Counted from the stretch's first letter, positions 13,130 to 26,814 are shown. The stretch is DNA of 64,000 nt from Eledone cirrhosa (GCA_964016885.1 OZ024740.1:163246001-163310000); one strand, 5' to 3'. Notes: generated from the letters alone by a model not told the origin. Numbers and translations are program-made.

Positions 13130-13390
13130 CAAGATGAAGTGCATATTTTCTTTTACTCAAACAAAAGAAAACACAATCAGGAGTTAAACAAGCCAACATG
13201 GAAGGAAGCTTCTTATAGTAATTTGACTTTCTGAAATAACAGCTTAATCTCCCTCAAATCACCCACATTCTTACCATCTTAAAAAAGCAAGGAGACATTA
13301 GACAATGAAACATACAAAGATAGAATGGTTCCAAGTGGTCTTGCCTTTGCCCATAGTGCTGCTCAATCAGAGATGACTTGAGGTGAAACA
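13130..13390 (+). repeat. Unclassified dispersed repeat (consensus core GAAATAGCAGCCAAATCTCCCTCAAAT); related copies near 640-940, 13790-13960(-), 17320-17420, 17720-17900, 18135-18390, 53230-53440
   Basis: The same motif order recurs in many diverged copies, often with (CAA)n-like ends. Confidence 0.55.
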
Positions 13391-13453
13391 AGATCACAAA
13401 ATCCCTCCTACAAATGTTCAATATCAGTAATCCATTGCTAACACTTCCAATTA

Positions 13454-13752
13454 CACTGGTCAACAAAATTTTGCTTTTTTTCTGCTGACCTAAGTTTGAG
13501 ACCTGTTCTTGAGTAATTTGGGCCACTGAGTTTTAAAATGGCTATACTTTTTTTTCTATCATGTCAAGTTTTCCAATGGCTAACAAGGAGGGTATACAAA
13601 ATATTCACGTTTCCTGTGTTTATGGGATAGCTGATCGAAAGACAAACATGAAAACCTGATGTGTTAGGAAAAAATGGTTGCCATATTTGAAATCAGCAAC
13701 TAAAAATTAGCTAATAACAACAACAAATCAGCTAAAAGTATGTTGACCAGTG
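13454..13752. mobile_element. MITE with 12-bp perfect TIR CACTGGTCAACA and TTA target duplication
   Basis: TTA|CACTGGTCAACA...TGTTGACCAGTG|TTA. The 3-bp TTA fits PIF/Harbinger; the CACTG start is also CACTA-like. Confidence 0.85.
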
Positions 13753-14296
13753 TTATTAATGTTATGGATAGTCAATAAATGTTATTTAGATCCAAGTGTG
13801 TCCTGGCTGAACAGACCTATAATCAAAGGCATTTCATATATCTTGTATCAGACTGTCCAATGTATCCTTTTATTAAGATGATAGGGAGTGTTTTGAGGAA
13901 GATTTGGTTGCTATTTTAAGTTGACCAAGTCTGTTTAGAGGCTCTCTTGTTGACTTTTCTATACTGTTACCAATGGTGCTGATAACAACTAACAACAAAA
14001 ATCTCTGAAAATTTGTTATTGTTATTATCTGATTAAAGAATATCTTTCACTCTTTGACAATCACATAAGGAATTGCTTTAGTTCTTAAGTTACCACTAAC
14101 TAGCAGAAATACTGCACCCTAAGGGGTCTTCTGCTAGTGTTTGTGTGTTTCATAATGTATCTATCAATGTATACAAATTTAGAAGGCAAAATTACATTTT
14201 TGACAAACTCACACTGGCATATTTTGTCTTGTAGTTTATTTACTTTAACACAATAATGTTTATTCTATACAAAATGGTAATCCACAACTTAATTAA

Positions 14297-14480
14297 CCCT
14301 TTACTCTATATATACTATTATATTTTCATAGTAAAAGCTTTATCTCACATAATATCGAATCTATGAGATATTGATATTATTTATTTTGAGAACAATATCT
14401 TAACATCAGTATGAGCAGCTGGTTTAAACAGAAAGGTGAGAAAATTCTGGCTAGATACAGACGATTTAAATGCTAAAGGG
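14297..14480. mobile_element. piggyBac-type MITE (family A)
   Basis: TTAA|CCCTTTA...TGCTAAAGGG|TTAA; body matches 49510-49714. Confidence 0.85.
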
Positions 14481-14742
14481 TTAAGCAAAGACAGGACATG
14501 AATCTGTAATGAGTAGAGGCATGGTCGAAACAGCTCAGCATAGCACAGCACCTTCAATGAGATTGAAACCTGTACAGATTTTCAAATAAAACACTTATTT
14601 CTATTGATACTTGATACTCTATAATCTCTATTCTTGGATCATGCAGTGTAGCAAATTGCTTGAAATTAGAAGGCAAAATTTCTTTCGTGATGGGCGAGTG
14701 ATATGACTTACAAAAATATATTTGATAGTTCATTTACTTTAA

Positions 14743-15031
14743 TATGTAAAGTTATGTTGGTATCACAACATCCAGTTCTAAATAAATGAGGTCGTGTAGG
14801 TGTCACAACAACAAAAAACACACAGTCCACGCTGTAATGTGGCCATGTAGGTAACACGGTAAAAACCTCCCAGTCCCCACTGTAAATGTGGTTGGTGTTA
14901 GGAAGGGCATCCAGCCGTAAAAAACCTGCCAGACAGTCCTACAAGAGAAAGACAACCAATCTTGCCCCAATTCCCATCTAAACCCATGCTAGCGTGGAAG
15001 ATAGACGTTAAACGATGATGATGATGATGAT
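14743..15031 (+). mobile_element. RTE LINE 3' UTR fragment with (GAT)n tail
   Basis: Closely matches 10649-10942. Confidence 0.9.
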
Positions 15032-15295
15032 TTAAGTATAATACTTACATTTGCCGAAGCTAGAAAGCCATGTAGACACATAGCAGAAATTAACGTTTAA
15101 TTTAATAGATAAAAGACATTGCATATGATTTTCAAATCATTTTGAAAATAATAATTTAGAGAAATTTAATAATATAACTTTCTCATTATTAAGTAAGTGT
15201 TTGACCCTAACTAGACAAAAGTTCTTAATTATGTTGCACCTGAGCACTGTACACAATAATTGTCATTATTATTATTTTTATGTTGGCAAGAGGTC

Positions 15296-15465
15296 GGTGG
15301 ATTGGTAGAGTGGTTGACACCTTGCTTTGCAACATAGTGTTATGGTCTTTTACATTCTGATTTCAAATCCCGCCGGGGCTACCTCTGCCTGTCATCCTCA
15401 CAGGGTCAATAAAATAAAGCACCAGTAATGCACTGGGGTCAATTTAATCGTCTTTACCCTTCTTG
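15296..15465 (+). mobile_element. tRNA-derived SINE family A (further decayed minus copies at ~17545-17690 and ~18737-18880)
   Basis: Box A/B-like head followed by the GCC..TCATCCT..GGGTC.ATAAAATAAAG.ACCAG central domain shared with 48914-49130. Confidence 0.75.
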
Positions 15466-16695
15466 GGGGGTCAGCATATCACATACACTCCTGCACACTA
15501 CCGAGTGTATTTTGCTATGACACCAGCACTTGAGAGGCTGTTATGTCTTAGACACAACTGAAGGATCCTCCTAACCCTTTCATTTGGCAAGCTTTCTACA
15601 GCCAGATGCCTTCCTATCCCCAACCACTTTACAGCGTGTACTGTACTGATCACATTTATTATGTAGATCCTGTAGATCTCCAGCACTAAAGAGGATGTCA
15701 CACTGTTGACACAGTTGAAAGGTCTTCTCAACCCTTTTTGGCATGATTACTATAGTGAAGTTCTTGTATCAAATTATCTTAGAATGTTTTCATTTAAATA
15801 TGAATGCTTTAAAATAATGGTTTTGTATCATAAAACCAGGGGCAGTTTTAGGTAGTTTGGTATCAAAATAATTAAACAATATTTGAATATACAAAGAATT
15901 ATAAAGAGTTCTATTTGCAATGAATTATTATCAAAATTAATTTCTCCTTTTGTATTTAATGGGTCTGAAAGAAAATTTATCAATCTATTATGATGCTTGC
16001 AAGCATAGGAGAAAATTCTATGAAATTGAAACTTATGAGATAACACTGAATTAAATTCCAGGGAATGATTCTGTATTGCAGACCCATGTAATGTATAGCC
16101 TTTGTTTCTTCACTCATGGTGGAGTCATAGGGGTGCAGTCTTTATATACAGCTTGTCTTCAACATCGATATTTGGCTGAGCCAATTCCTCTCCAGGTTAG
16201 AACACAGATGATTTCTTCCAGAGAACCAGAGAATGAGAGAGAAGCGAGAAAGAGATTAAACTGGTACTTTATTTATCAACCCCAAAAGGGTGGAACACAG
16301 AGTACTAGTCTGTAGCAGCAAGGTAAAATTCAATCTGTTGTATACGGCCACCTGCTTTAGCATTTTTTTACGCTTTTTTTTCTTTTATTAGTTTCATGCT
16401 GGTTGATAATCATATCGACCCCAGTACTTATTTTATTGATCATTTTTTTGTCAAATTACTAAGTTAGGGAACATAACCTTAGACACAAACATAAACATAA
16501 CACATACACTTATATATACAAAGGTAGGCTGAAAGGTTCATAAGCTGATTATGAGTGGATGCCCTCCCTTCCTAACACCAACCACTTTACAGGTTAGACT
16601 GGGTGATTATTTTGAAGGCACCAGCACCACCAACTTATAGGGTGGGCTGGGAGGTTTTTGTCTTGGCACCAGCATGACTCTCTTACAGGGTGAAG

Positions 16696-16728
<33 letters not shown>

Positions 16729-19278
16729 TGAAAGGCTTCTGCAGTTTCCATCTACCAAATTCCACTCATGAATCCAAGGCTACTTGTCCAAGGTACCATA
16801 CAGCAGGACTGAACCCAGAACCACATTGCTGCAAAGCAGACTCGTTAACCACAGAGCCATGCCTTGTTTATGTCTACTTCGTTAGAAGCATTTGGGTCAA
16901 TCTGTAGATAATGTGGTAGATTGAATGAAGGAATGAATAAATGAAAGTTTCAAAGAAAGATTTTGGAGCCCATGGCTATATAATATGAGATATCATTTGA
17001 TCTTTGTAGACACATCATCTTCAAAAGTAGAAGAAAAGATAACTATATACCAAACATTTAGCAGCCAATTTTGAAATATAGCCACTCACAAAATAGAATT
17101 TAAAAAAACAAAGACAATAATGCAGAAAAGATTGCAAACATATACGGAAAATTTTAAAACAAACACAATTTAGCAAGCAAACCAATGAAATCAAATAACC
17201 CTAAAGATGAAGTTAAATTAACATTACATAAAAAATTTATAAACCACAACTCTCACATAATTTGCACACATATGCAACATTATCCTAAATACTAATACCA
17301 TTCTAATCAAACCTATGGAAACAAACAAGGAGTGGTCTCTTTGTGAATATTTTGATTTGCTAGAAATAGCAGCCAAATTTCCCACAAATTATACACTAGC
17401 ATCTTTAAAAAGTTATACATTGTCTATATTTCTTTTCATGTGCATGAAAGGATTGTTGAAACCACAATGTGAATGCTTCTTTCTTGACCCCTTCACATAG
17501 CCGATTCTAAAAGAGAAAGAGGGAGTGAGGAGAAATCAACCATAGGGCTTGACTGGTACTTCATTTAATGACCCTGAAAGGATGAAAGACAAAGTTGGCC
17601 TCAACATGATTTGAATTCAGAGAGCCAGAATAAATACCACAAAATATTCTGTCCAATGGCCTAACAACTCAGGCAATTCACTGCCTATTATATTCTACTC
17701 AAACTTATGGAAATGAATCAACAAGAAGAGTCTCTATTTGGATCTTTCTATCTGCTAGATATAGCAGCCATATCTCCCTGAAACCACAACTAGCATTTTA
17801 GAAAAAAATGTTACACTATGTCTGAAAAGAAAAAGACACGAGGATCATGACAAGAATGTCTTTGATCATAGATCTGCTCAGGGCCACTCAAACCTATAAA
17901 AGCTTTCTAATATAAATCCAGTGATAAAGAGGAATCAAAGATTCAAATCAACCCCCGTCATTCAGATACATCACAGTCATATCATAAATATCAGATTGGA
18001 ATAAAATTAAGAACATCCAATTACACATATTCCAATATGATTTCAAAACACAAACCCAAATGAGTTCATCCCTACAGCAAATAAACCACATAATAAACTA
18101 TGGTTTCAATGAAGCTACTTCCTTTTAATAAATCGAAAGAGTCTCTATGTGGACACTCAACTTGCTAGAAATAGTAGCCAAATATCCATTAGAATACACC
18201 TTACCATTCAAAAAGAAAAATATATTGGATAATGTGGTCTATAATACATTATCATCATCACCGTTTAACGTCCATGTTTCCATGCTGGGTATGTCTGGAA
18301 AAAATGAGATGATCATGGTATGAGTGCCTACAATCATAGGTCTTCTAGATAACAGCCAGCTTGAGGGTAAAGAGCAACAAAAACAACAGTAACCAACCTC
18401 GTCACCCTTATAAAAATAACCAAGTTAGCTAGCTACCTTTAATAGCCATAACAGAGACATGTCCGAAACATCCTCAGGAAGTAATCTTTGTTCAGACCTC
18501 TTGAAAATTTAAACAGCTGGGGAATCAAATTTTACTTTTCATCTTTCTGAGATCAATAAAATATGTACTAGTCAAATACTGTGTAGGCGACTTGATAGAA
18601 TATATTTTTCTTCTAGATTTGAAGATTTGTGCCTATGTGAGAAATCAATATTTAAACAGCTGACTTACCAATCATCCCATCCACATATCAAGAAAACTTC
18701 ATATGCAAAACAATATTTCCTATTCAGTTACCAAAATAATGGTTTCTGATTTAGGCACAAGGCCAACAATTTGGAGGGGAAAGTCGATTAAATCAACTTC
18801 AGTGCGTTATTGGTACTTTATTTTATCAACCCCATGAGGATGAAAGGCAAAGCTAACCTTGGTAGGATTTGATGTTAGCTTTGATATCAAAATAATAGAA
18901 GCACTATATATTCATACTGACACACATTTTATGACTGGTAGACTATTGATAACTTACATCCTTATGTAGAGAAAGTTATATTTGTGTTCTATTTTCCAAC
19001 AATCAGATACCTACAGATTAAATTTACTGCTTTTAAGAATTCATTTAAGAGTAAAAATGTTATCAGAGTTATCAGAAGGTTCAATGATTCAGAATGACTA
19101 GTAGTTCCACTTCCAGTGGGAATCTTCAGACTATCAGATTTTGAGAAATAGAGGCTACACTTTATAGAGAATAGGTAACTTAAAAAGGTGTAAAATGTCC
19201 GCTGTGAGAATTTTAAGTTTGTATTTTTATAAGTAGATAATGCCTTTGTGTCAATGTGTGTGTATGTAGGTGTAAGTG

Positions 19279-19580
19279 AAGGCAGAATGGCCAAATGGTT
19301 AAGGAGTTTGTTTTGCAATTATTAGGTCTTGGTTTTGATCCTACTGCATGGCGTCTTGGGCAGATGTCAACCCATGCATTGTGCGGGAAACTGTATAGAT
19401 AGAAATTCTTTGGAAGTTTATCAAATGAACAGTACCTCTAATTCAAAGGTCAATCAAAGTCACACACTGTGTCACACTGAATCTCCCTGTAAATTATGTG
19501 TAATGCTTACCTGTTAACTTCATGAGCTGGCTGTTCCATTGATCAAACTAGAACACTCATCATTGAAAAAGCCAGAAGTC
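19279..19580 (+). mobile_element. tRNA-derived SINE family B, decayed
   Basis: GGCAGAATGGCCAAATGGTTAAGGAG head; tail shared with the copies at 49298-49830 and 62342-62685. Confidence 0.6.
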
Positions 19581-19639
19581 CATTTGATTTGTCACTCAAT
19601 GTGGTGGTGGTGGTGTTTTGCTGAATGAGGTAATGTAGC

Positions 19640-20350
19640 AGAAAACTGAGATACCAATTTATGGATACATAAAATTGTATTGTATTTAAATCTGATGTTT
19701 GTGGTATCTATTGCAGTACTCAATATCTTTTTACATTTAGTTTTTAATGAACTCCTTTATTATTCCTGCAATATGCTTCAAATCATTGTGATGCTGAAAA
19801 ATCAACAACTGGTCCAAATAACTCTTGACATATGGAACCAAAGTCTTCTCCAAGATCCCCAGATAGCTGTACTGTTCATTATTGCCTTAATTTGATATTT
19901 GGGACAGCCCCACTTTTCTATACATGCATTCCTAAACCATGACATAATCACCAACTTACTTAATTGTCAGAGTCATGCACTCTGAAGAAAAATCGTTTGA
20001 ACACAATAAGAAAACAGCAAATTAAATTTTGACTCATCTGATCACAGAATTGTTTGACTAATCTGGTGGTAGTTAATGTTTGTGCTCCCAAGCAAACTGT
20101 AAGTTTTTCATACCCAATGCGTCTGACAATCCCAAATGGCTTTAGTAAAATTTTGTGGTAGTAACAGGTGGTACTACCACTATATGTGGTATTTTTGTTG
20201 AACATCATTCTAAATTTCATGTTCTTGTTTTTCATTAACAAATAGTGAATGTACTGGTCCATCATTTCAGTATTTTTTTTGCAGCTGTCCTAATCAAGAA
20301 TGATCAAAGTAACCACCAATTTTATTGGAGATATCCATGGCATTTACCAA
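19640..20350 (-). pseudogene. Tc1-like transposase relic
   Basis: Minus-strand translation gives IL*SDESKFNL, TIK*VGDYVMV*ECM (cf. TVKHGGGSVMVWGC) and FQHHNDLKHIAG (cf. FQHDNDPKH); many stops. Confidence 0.8.
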
Positions 20351-20877
20351 ACACCCAACATCAGTAGTTATGGCTTAAAAGTCCATTTTAACTTATACAA
20401 TTAGGCAATTCAAGTATCTAATGGTAAATATTTTTCAATCATTCATCACATTTTTAAAAGCGATATCACCAAATAGCTATTTATAGTTTGTCTAACTTTG
20501 ATAGAGTATAATGTTGACTATCAAAATTAAAATATGAAGTATTTTTGGAGCATTTCTATGTTGAAATCGATACATAGTCAGTAGTTTTTAGTACTTTTAA
20601 GTACAGCCAATTATAGCATGCACCCTGATATCTCATTTTTTTTTTTTTTATTATAATAAATTTCTCATAAATATTTTCACTACAACTTCTTCAAAGCAGC
20701 CATGTTGCTATAACCGAGGTTCTGACTTTTATTTTTGTTTGCTGTGGGTTACTAAAGTGTGTCGTCGTGTGTATAGATTCAACATACAAGCTCACCAAAC
20801 CATCATCCTGGAACGAAAGTTTGGTCTGGTTTTAACATGTATTTTCCAAATCAAAATAGTGGTATTTATGGAAGCAT

Positions 20878-21445
20878 TTACTCATCAATACATTCTTCAT
20901 TGCTTTCGATGGCCTTATTCCATCTGTCAACAAGCTTATAGATGCTACGTTTATATATATATTTTTTTTAAATGTGTTCTAAAACAGCAAACTCATTTTC
21001 GACCTCTTCTGTCTATGTTAGTCCATCAACATTATTTTGTAAACCCTTAAACAGATGATAATGAGAAGGAACAAATTCAGGAAAATATAGTGGGTAAAGA
21101 AATTTTCTCTAGCTGACTTCCTCAATGAGGTCCTTAGTTACGTGTACAGTATGGAGACAAGCATTATAGTGACTGGGAATGACCTCATTGTTTGTTGACT
21201 AAGGCTGTTTTTTTCTATTCTGTTTTTTTTCTTCTTTTTTTTTTGTCAAAGCTGTTTGCAAACGGTGAAATTTTTAAGCAGTGATTGTTATGATTATTGC
21301 TCAACAGTTCGTAATGGACTATTCTTTGCATATCCTACCACTCACTTAACAGGATCTTCCTTGGGTGCAAGTATCTCTTTGGTTGATGGGTAAGTTTATT
21401 ACAGTGACAAAGCTACAGACGTTGGTACTTAGCGTTGTGAGGATC
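20878..21445 (-). pseudogene. Mariner transposase relic, C-terminal part
   Basis: LHPRKILLSEW*DMQRIVHYELL; HYNACLHT (cf. HDNARPH); YPLYFPEFVPSHYHLF (cf. HPPYSPDLAPSDYHLF); IYKLVDRWNKAIESNEECIDE*. Confidence 0.85.
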
Positions 21446-21932
21446 TGTAGCGACGTGGTTAGTCAGTCTGGTCACTACTTCTGATCAGATCCGAGAATAG
21501 CCCTTAAAAGGACTGTTATCGCATACGGTCTGATCGGATCTGAGGGTAGTCCTTAAAAGGACTGTTGTCTCATACGGTAAGGATAAACAGACGAAAGCAC
21601 AAGTTGAAAGGACGGGCAAGGCGAGAGATGTAGTTTCGGTCAGCTATTTATTTTCATACATGAAGCAACGATACAGAGGTGCAAGGCGTGTGTGAGTGAC
21701 AAGCGTGGAAGAGGAGAGGAACAACGATACGCGAGTTGACTCTGCCAAAGGTCGACTGGCGAAAGTGTTTGGAATCACTCTATTTATACAAAAATAATCA
21801 TTTGATGTTTAGCCGCTGCGTAGGCGTTTTATTTTGGTGGCTTTAAGGCTTGTTTGTTTCACGGTGAGGTAGCTAGCTAAGCAGATAGATGGAGCTGTTT
21901 ATTTCACAGATGTTATTTCGGGTGGCTGTACA
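21446..21932 (-). repeat. 3' LTR (487 bp)
   Basis: TGTAGCGAC...GGCTGTACA; about 20 substitutions versus the other LTR; minus-strand TATAAATAG (~21779-21787) and AATAAA (~21646-21651). Confidence 0.97.
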
Positions 21933-21950
21933 TTAGCCCCCCTGCCAGAT
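21933..21950 (-). promoter_or_regulatory. Polypurine tract ATCTGGCAGGGGGGCTAA
   Basis: Immediately precedes the 3' LTR on the sense strand. Confidence 0.85.
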
Positions 21951-22855
21951 CTTTTGTACAACAAAAGAGCGAAATATCGTATAGTAATGAGCCAGTGGTG
22001 CATTTGTCATGACAATAGCCCAAGGTGTGTCCAGCACGTTGTGAAGTTTGGTGATCATCGAGTATAGGACAGAGTCGATGTAGAGATGATATGGCAAGAT
22101 GTGTGTGTCAGGAAGAGAAACAAAAAACAATAAAATGACTTTGACCAGATTTATGCAGGTGTGATGAATGAGCCTGTTGCTATTTGGATTGAGCTGCCGG
22201 TGAATTACGTGACAAGAAATCTAACAGGGCAGTGAAAATAACCGTAATGTGTGAACTGAATGGCCGTAAGCATGTTGCCTAAAAGTAACAGTTTGCTCCA
22301 AAGCATATGACTTGAGCGAATGCATGTGGTAAAAAATAGCGAGGCATTCTCGAGCTATTGAGTGAATGTGTACGTGAAAAAAAAAGAAGGCCAGTGTTTT
22401 GAGGATGCGATTTGTGAAATGCGTGATGAAAGAGAAAACATTTTGTAGTGTAAGAGTTAGAGGGACAAAAATATCTATTGCTCAGTGTATGAACCAAAGG
22501 TGAATAAAACGTGGTTATGTAGTGTGCATGGAAAATAGAATATGTACACGCCTTGTATGTATATAAAAAGTATGGCAATTACACAATTAATATTGCAGAA
22601 CAAGAAAAATAAAAATTTTTGCAAGACAAGAGAGAGAGAAAAAAAAAAAAAAATGCTATACACAATGTTTGTTCTTGAATAGTGTTTGTAATAGATATGT
22701 TCATAATAAATAATGTTCTTCGTGACATGAGCACATGGTCACTAAAAATTGCAATTGTTCAAGCAGAAAGTTCATTGTATTTGAAACTGGAAATAGTAAA
22801 CACAAGGAAAATGGAAATGTTTTGCAAGAAGAATGATTAAGAAACTCACTTGAGG

Positions 22856-25800
22856 TTAACGGTAATTCACATATTGTGCCAACTTGGCGGGCCAATGGAC
22901 ACGTCGTCCACTTCTCGTGACTGGAGATGAAACAGGTGGCTTGCTGGGACAGCAATCTGTTGGAGTTTCTGGTGTAGAGACTGTAACAGTATCCATGATG
23001 GCTTTTTTTAATCTGTCCACGCTGACAGAATTCTGTTTACCATCTAGATCGAGAATAAAATATTTCGGATATTTTTTTAGAACACGATAAGGGCCAGAAT
23101 ATGGAGGTCGAAGATGAGCTGAGATGGTGTCGTTTCGAACGAAAACGTGTGTCCAATCTTTAATGTCTGAAGGTACGTGTGTGGCCGTGTTCTGTTGACG
23201 GGTGCTTGCAGGAGCAAGGTGAGACATATATTGTCGAAGACGGTGTACGTATAATCCTGGGTCTGGAACATCCTGAGGAGAGATGGGAGCAACCATCTGA
23301 CCAGGTAGAACCAGAGTGGTGCCGTACACTAATTCTGCAGGTGTGTGTCCGAATTCCTCCTTAACGGTGGATCGAATGCCCAGAAGGATGAGTGGCAGTT
23401 ATTCAAACCAGTGTGTCTTGTCTGGATATGCTTTTATTGCAGCTTTCAATTGGCGATGGAATCTTTCCACGAGACCATTAGCTTGCGGGTGATAAGCTGT
23501 CGTGCGGATGTCTTTACATCCTAACAGGCGAGTCAGTTCCCTGAAGAGGTGGGAGTCAAACTGGCGTCCTCTGCCCGTTGTTATCTTCGCTGGGGCGCCA
23601 TAACGTGATACTCAGTGTAAAACCAAAGTTTTAGCGACTGTTTCCGCTGAGGTATCACTTATGGGAAAAGCCTCAGGCCAACGGGAAAAACGATCTATGC
23701 AGGTGAGCAAGTGTGTGCAGTTCTGTGATGGTGGTAGAGGTCCAACGATGTCGATATGCACATGGTGAAAACGTGCATCAGGTTGCGTGAATGTGCCGAG
23801 TGGAGTTCTGAAGTGTCTGCGGACTTTGGCTTTCTGGCAGACAATGCAGCTCCTGGACCAGTCGCGCACGTCCTTGTTAATGTTAGTCCACACAAAACGA
23901 GCAGAGATGAATTTCTGTGTAGCCCGGATTCCCGGGTGAGACAAGCAGTGTAAAGCAGAAAAAATTTGTTGACGATGCATCTGTGGTACGTACGGTCGTT
24001 CATGACCGGTAGAAATGTAGCACCAAATTTGTTCCGGAGAAGAAGGAATGGGAACTTGCTGAAACTTCAGGGATGGCGAATCTCGGAGCTTGATAAACTC
24101 TTCGTCAGTCTCTTGGTCAGCTGCGATCTGTTGAAGGTCGATGCCTGAATGCACATGTATTGCGTTCAGCTGGATTCGGGACAGGGCATCGGCTGCTAGG
24201 TTGTCTGATCCCTTGATATGCCGAATACCAGTTGAATATTGGGAGACAAAATCCAGGTGTCGGAGTTCTCTCGGTGAATGTCGATCAGGTTTGGTATGGA
24301 ACGCATAAACTAGTGGTTTATGGTCCGTGTAGATCGCGAAATCCGATCCTTCGAGCATGTGACGAAAATGTTTAACTGAAAGGTAGGTTGCCAAGAGTTC
24401 GTGGCCAAACGTACTGAATTTGGTTTCTGCAGGTTGCAACCGCTTAGAAAAGAAGGATAAGGGTTGCCAAACGCCGTCGACATGTTGTTGTAAAACGCCT
24501 CCAACCCCGGTGTCTGATGCGTCCACTAGCAGCGAAAGAGGAGCGCCAGATCTGGGGAAAACGAGCATGGAAGCGTTTGCCAACATTTCCTTCAGGCGGT
24601 TAAAAGATCTTAATTCTTCCTCGTTCAGAGTGATGTCTTCGTTTTTCCGAGTCCGGTTGCGAAGAAGGTCCGTGAGGAGTCTGGTTGCGTCGGCACAATG
24701 AGGGATGAAACGCCTATAGAAATTCACCAAACCGAGGAATTCACGCAGTTTCCGAAGTGATGTAGGTGCGGGAAAATTGCAGATAGCTCCTACTTTCTCA
24801 GGAAGTGGACGAATGCCGTCTTTATCAATGATGTGTCCGAGAAAGGACAGTGAAGGAACGCCGAGAAGGCACTTGCTGGGGTTGATGATAATACCGTACT
24901 CGGCCAAACGTTGGAAAAGAAGATTTAAGTGCTTTTCGTGTTCTTGCTCGGAAGTACTTGATACTAGCACGTCGTCGATATACGCGTATACAAAGGGTAG
25001 ATCACGTAACATGGTGTCAATAAACCGCTGAAAAGTTTGTGCAGCGTTGCGCAGGCCGAACAGCATTCGCAGGAATTCAAATAAACCGTACGGTGTTGTG
25101 ATTGCGGTCTTCGGAATATCTGCAGGCTCCATAGGTATCTGGTTATATGCACGTACCAAATCTATCTTGGAAAAGATGCGTTCGCCTTGCAGAGAGGCAA
25201 AAAAGTCGTGCAAGTGAGGTACAGGATAATTATCGGGTACTGTAGAATTGTTAAGTGCACGATAATCCCCACATGGTCGCCAATCATTCTCGGTTTTTTT
25301 AGGAACAAGGTGTAGGGGTGCAGACCAGTTGCTGGAGGAAGGGCGAATGATTCCGAGGTCCAGCATGTGTTGAAACTCCTGTTTGGCGATTCTCAATCGG
25401 TCTGGAGGCAGTCTCTTTGGTCGGGAAGCTGTGGGTGGTCCTCTTGTCTCGATGTGGTGCGTGACACTATGCTTAATAGGTCCATCCTTAAATACCGGGC
25501 GAGTGATGTCTGGGTATTTCTGGAGAATGCCGTTCTACCGCGAAGGCTCTGACTGGCAAATTACAGGGCTCACTGTGGATTGCGTGGTAAATATACCTCT
25601 CACAGTGAGGTGTGTAGTGGTGTCAATAAGCCTCCGGTTCTTCGTGTCCACCAGAAGGTTGAAGTGGTGGAGAAAATCGGCTCCTAAGACAGGGGTCGGC
25701 AGGTCTGCCACGACGAACACCCATTGAAAACGACGCCTCAGGCCTAAATTAAGGGTCAGTGATTTCTCCCCGAAAGTCGGAATTGACGATTGGTTCACTG

Positions 25801-25986
25801 CCTGCAGAAAGGACGGTGTTGGGTGTCTTTTGCCCGAGATTAGTGAAACAGGAATAACACTAACCTGGGCTCCCGTATCCACGAGGTAACGGATGCCTGT
25901 CGCTTGGTCGTTGATAAAAAACAGACGACTTTTCTTCTCAGTACCAGGGTGAACCTCGTCGCTAGGCCCTGGTCTGCCCGTTTCCC
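22856..25986 (-). pseudogene. pol: pol (protease, RT, RNase H, integrase) with in-frame stops
   Basis: [69 protein letters not shown]. ORFs ending 25535, 23612 and 22856 share one frame, broken by stops at 25535, 23612 and ~23400. Confidence 0.95.
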
Positions 25987-26814
25987 TGGGTGGTATTCTG
26001 GAAAGAGCACGGGGCCCTACACTTATATGCCTGTGCGCCAAATTCTTTGTGATACAAGCAGAGGTTGCCAGACACACGATTTTGACTGGGACTTCTGGAT
26101 CTTCGACGGTGAAAGGGCCTGGATCGACTGTTGCTGCGCCGCCGGTGTGTTTGAAAGGTCAAGTTCTTTAATTGGTTTGAGAGGGCTTTAATTTGACCAG
26201 CCTGCTCTGTGATCATAGCCCGCAGCTCAGAAATCTCGGAGGTGGAGTCCGAGGACGCTACGTAAGGGTTCGTCCGATGATCTACTTGTGCCACTGAGGC
26301 AAAAGGGTTTGAGACCTCAGCGATCTTATCTGCGACACTTGCCAGCTCTTCCGGGGTTGCTGACTCGTTGGTCGACGCCAGAATGCCTTGCATTGATAAG
26401 GGCAAGCGCTGTATAAACAGCCGTTTCAGCACATCTTCTGAAAGCGGCTGGTCTTCCATCAGCTGTCTCATCTTTCGCAATAGTTGGGACGGTTTTCTGT
26501 CCCCCAATTCTTCCGCAGACACGAGTTGGTTGAGTCATCTCTGCTGTGACGCGGTCGTCCGCTTGACCAATTGCTTGCGGAATGATTCATATGAAACCGT
26601 GCCCGGCGGTGCCATGACGAGGTCCCTCACCTCAGCCAAGACTTCTGGCGGGACAGACCCAATGATGTAGGTGAGCTTTTCAGAATCGCTCTTTATTCTG
26701 TTAGCGGCGAATTGTGCTCCTATGTGAGCGAACCAAAAAAACAGGGACTTTCAATGTTAAAGCCGCTTGTGTGGTTGGTATCTCGGCCTCTGTCGTTGGT
26801 TGTGACATGTCCAT
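25962..26814 (-). pseudogene. gag: gag with CHCC zinc knuckle; one stop and one frameshift
   Basis: MDMSQP..LKVPVF/WFAHIGAQF..EELGDRKPSQLLR..CLYHKEFGAQAYKCRAPC (C-x2-H-x9-C-x3-C)..QGNGQTRA*. Confidence 0.92.

Noticed and set aside
18990-19180. Exon-like segment on the plus strand (CAG| ... |GTAACT)
   Set aside because: Stops in the frames examined and no linking evidence.
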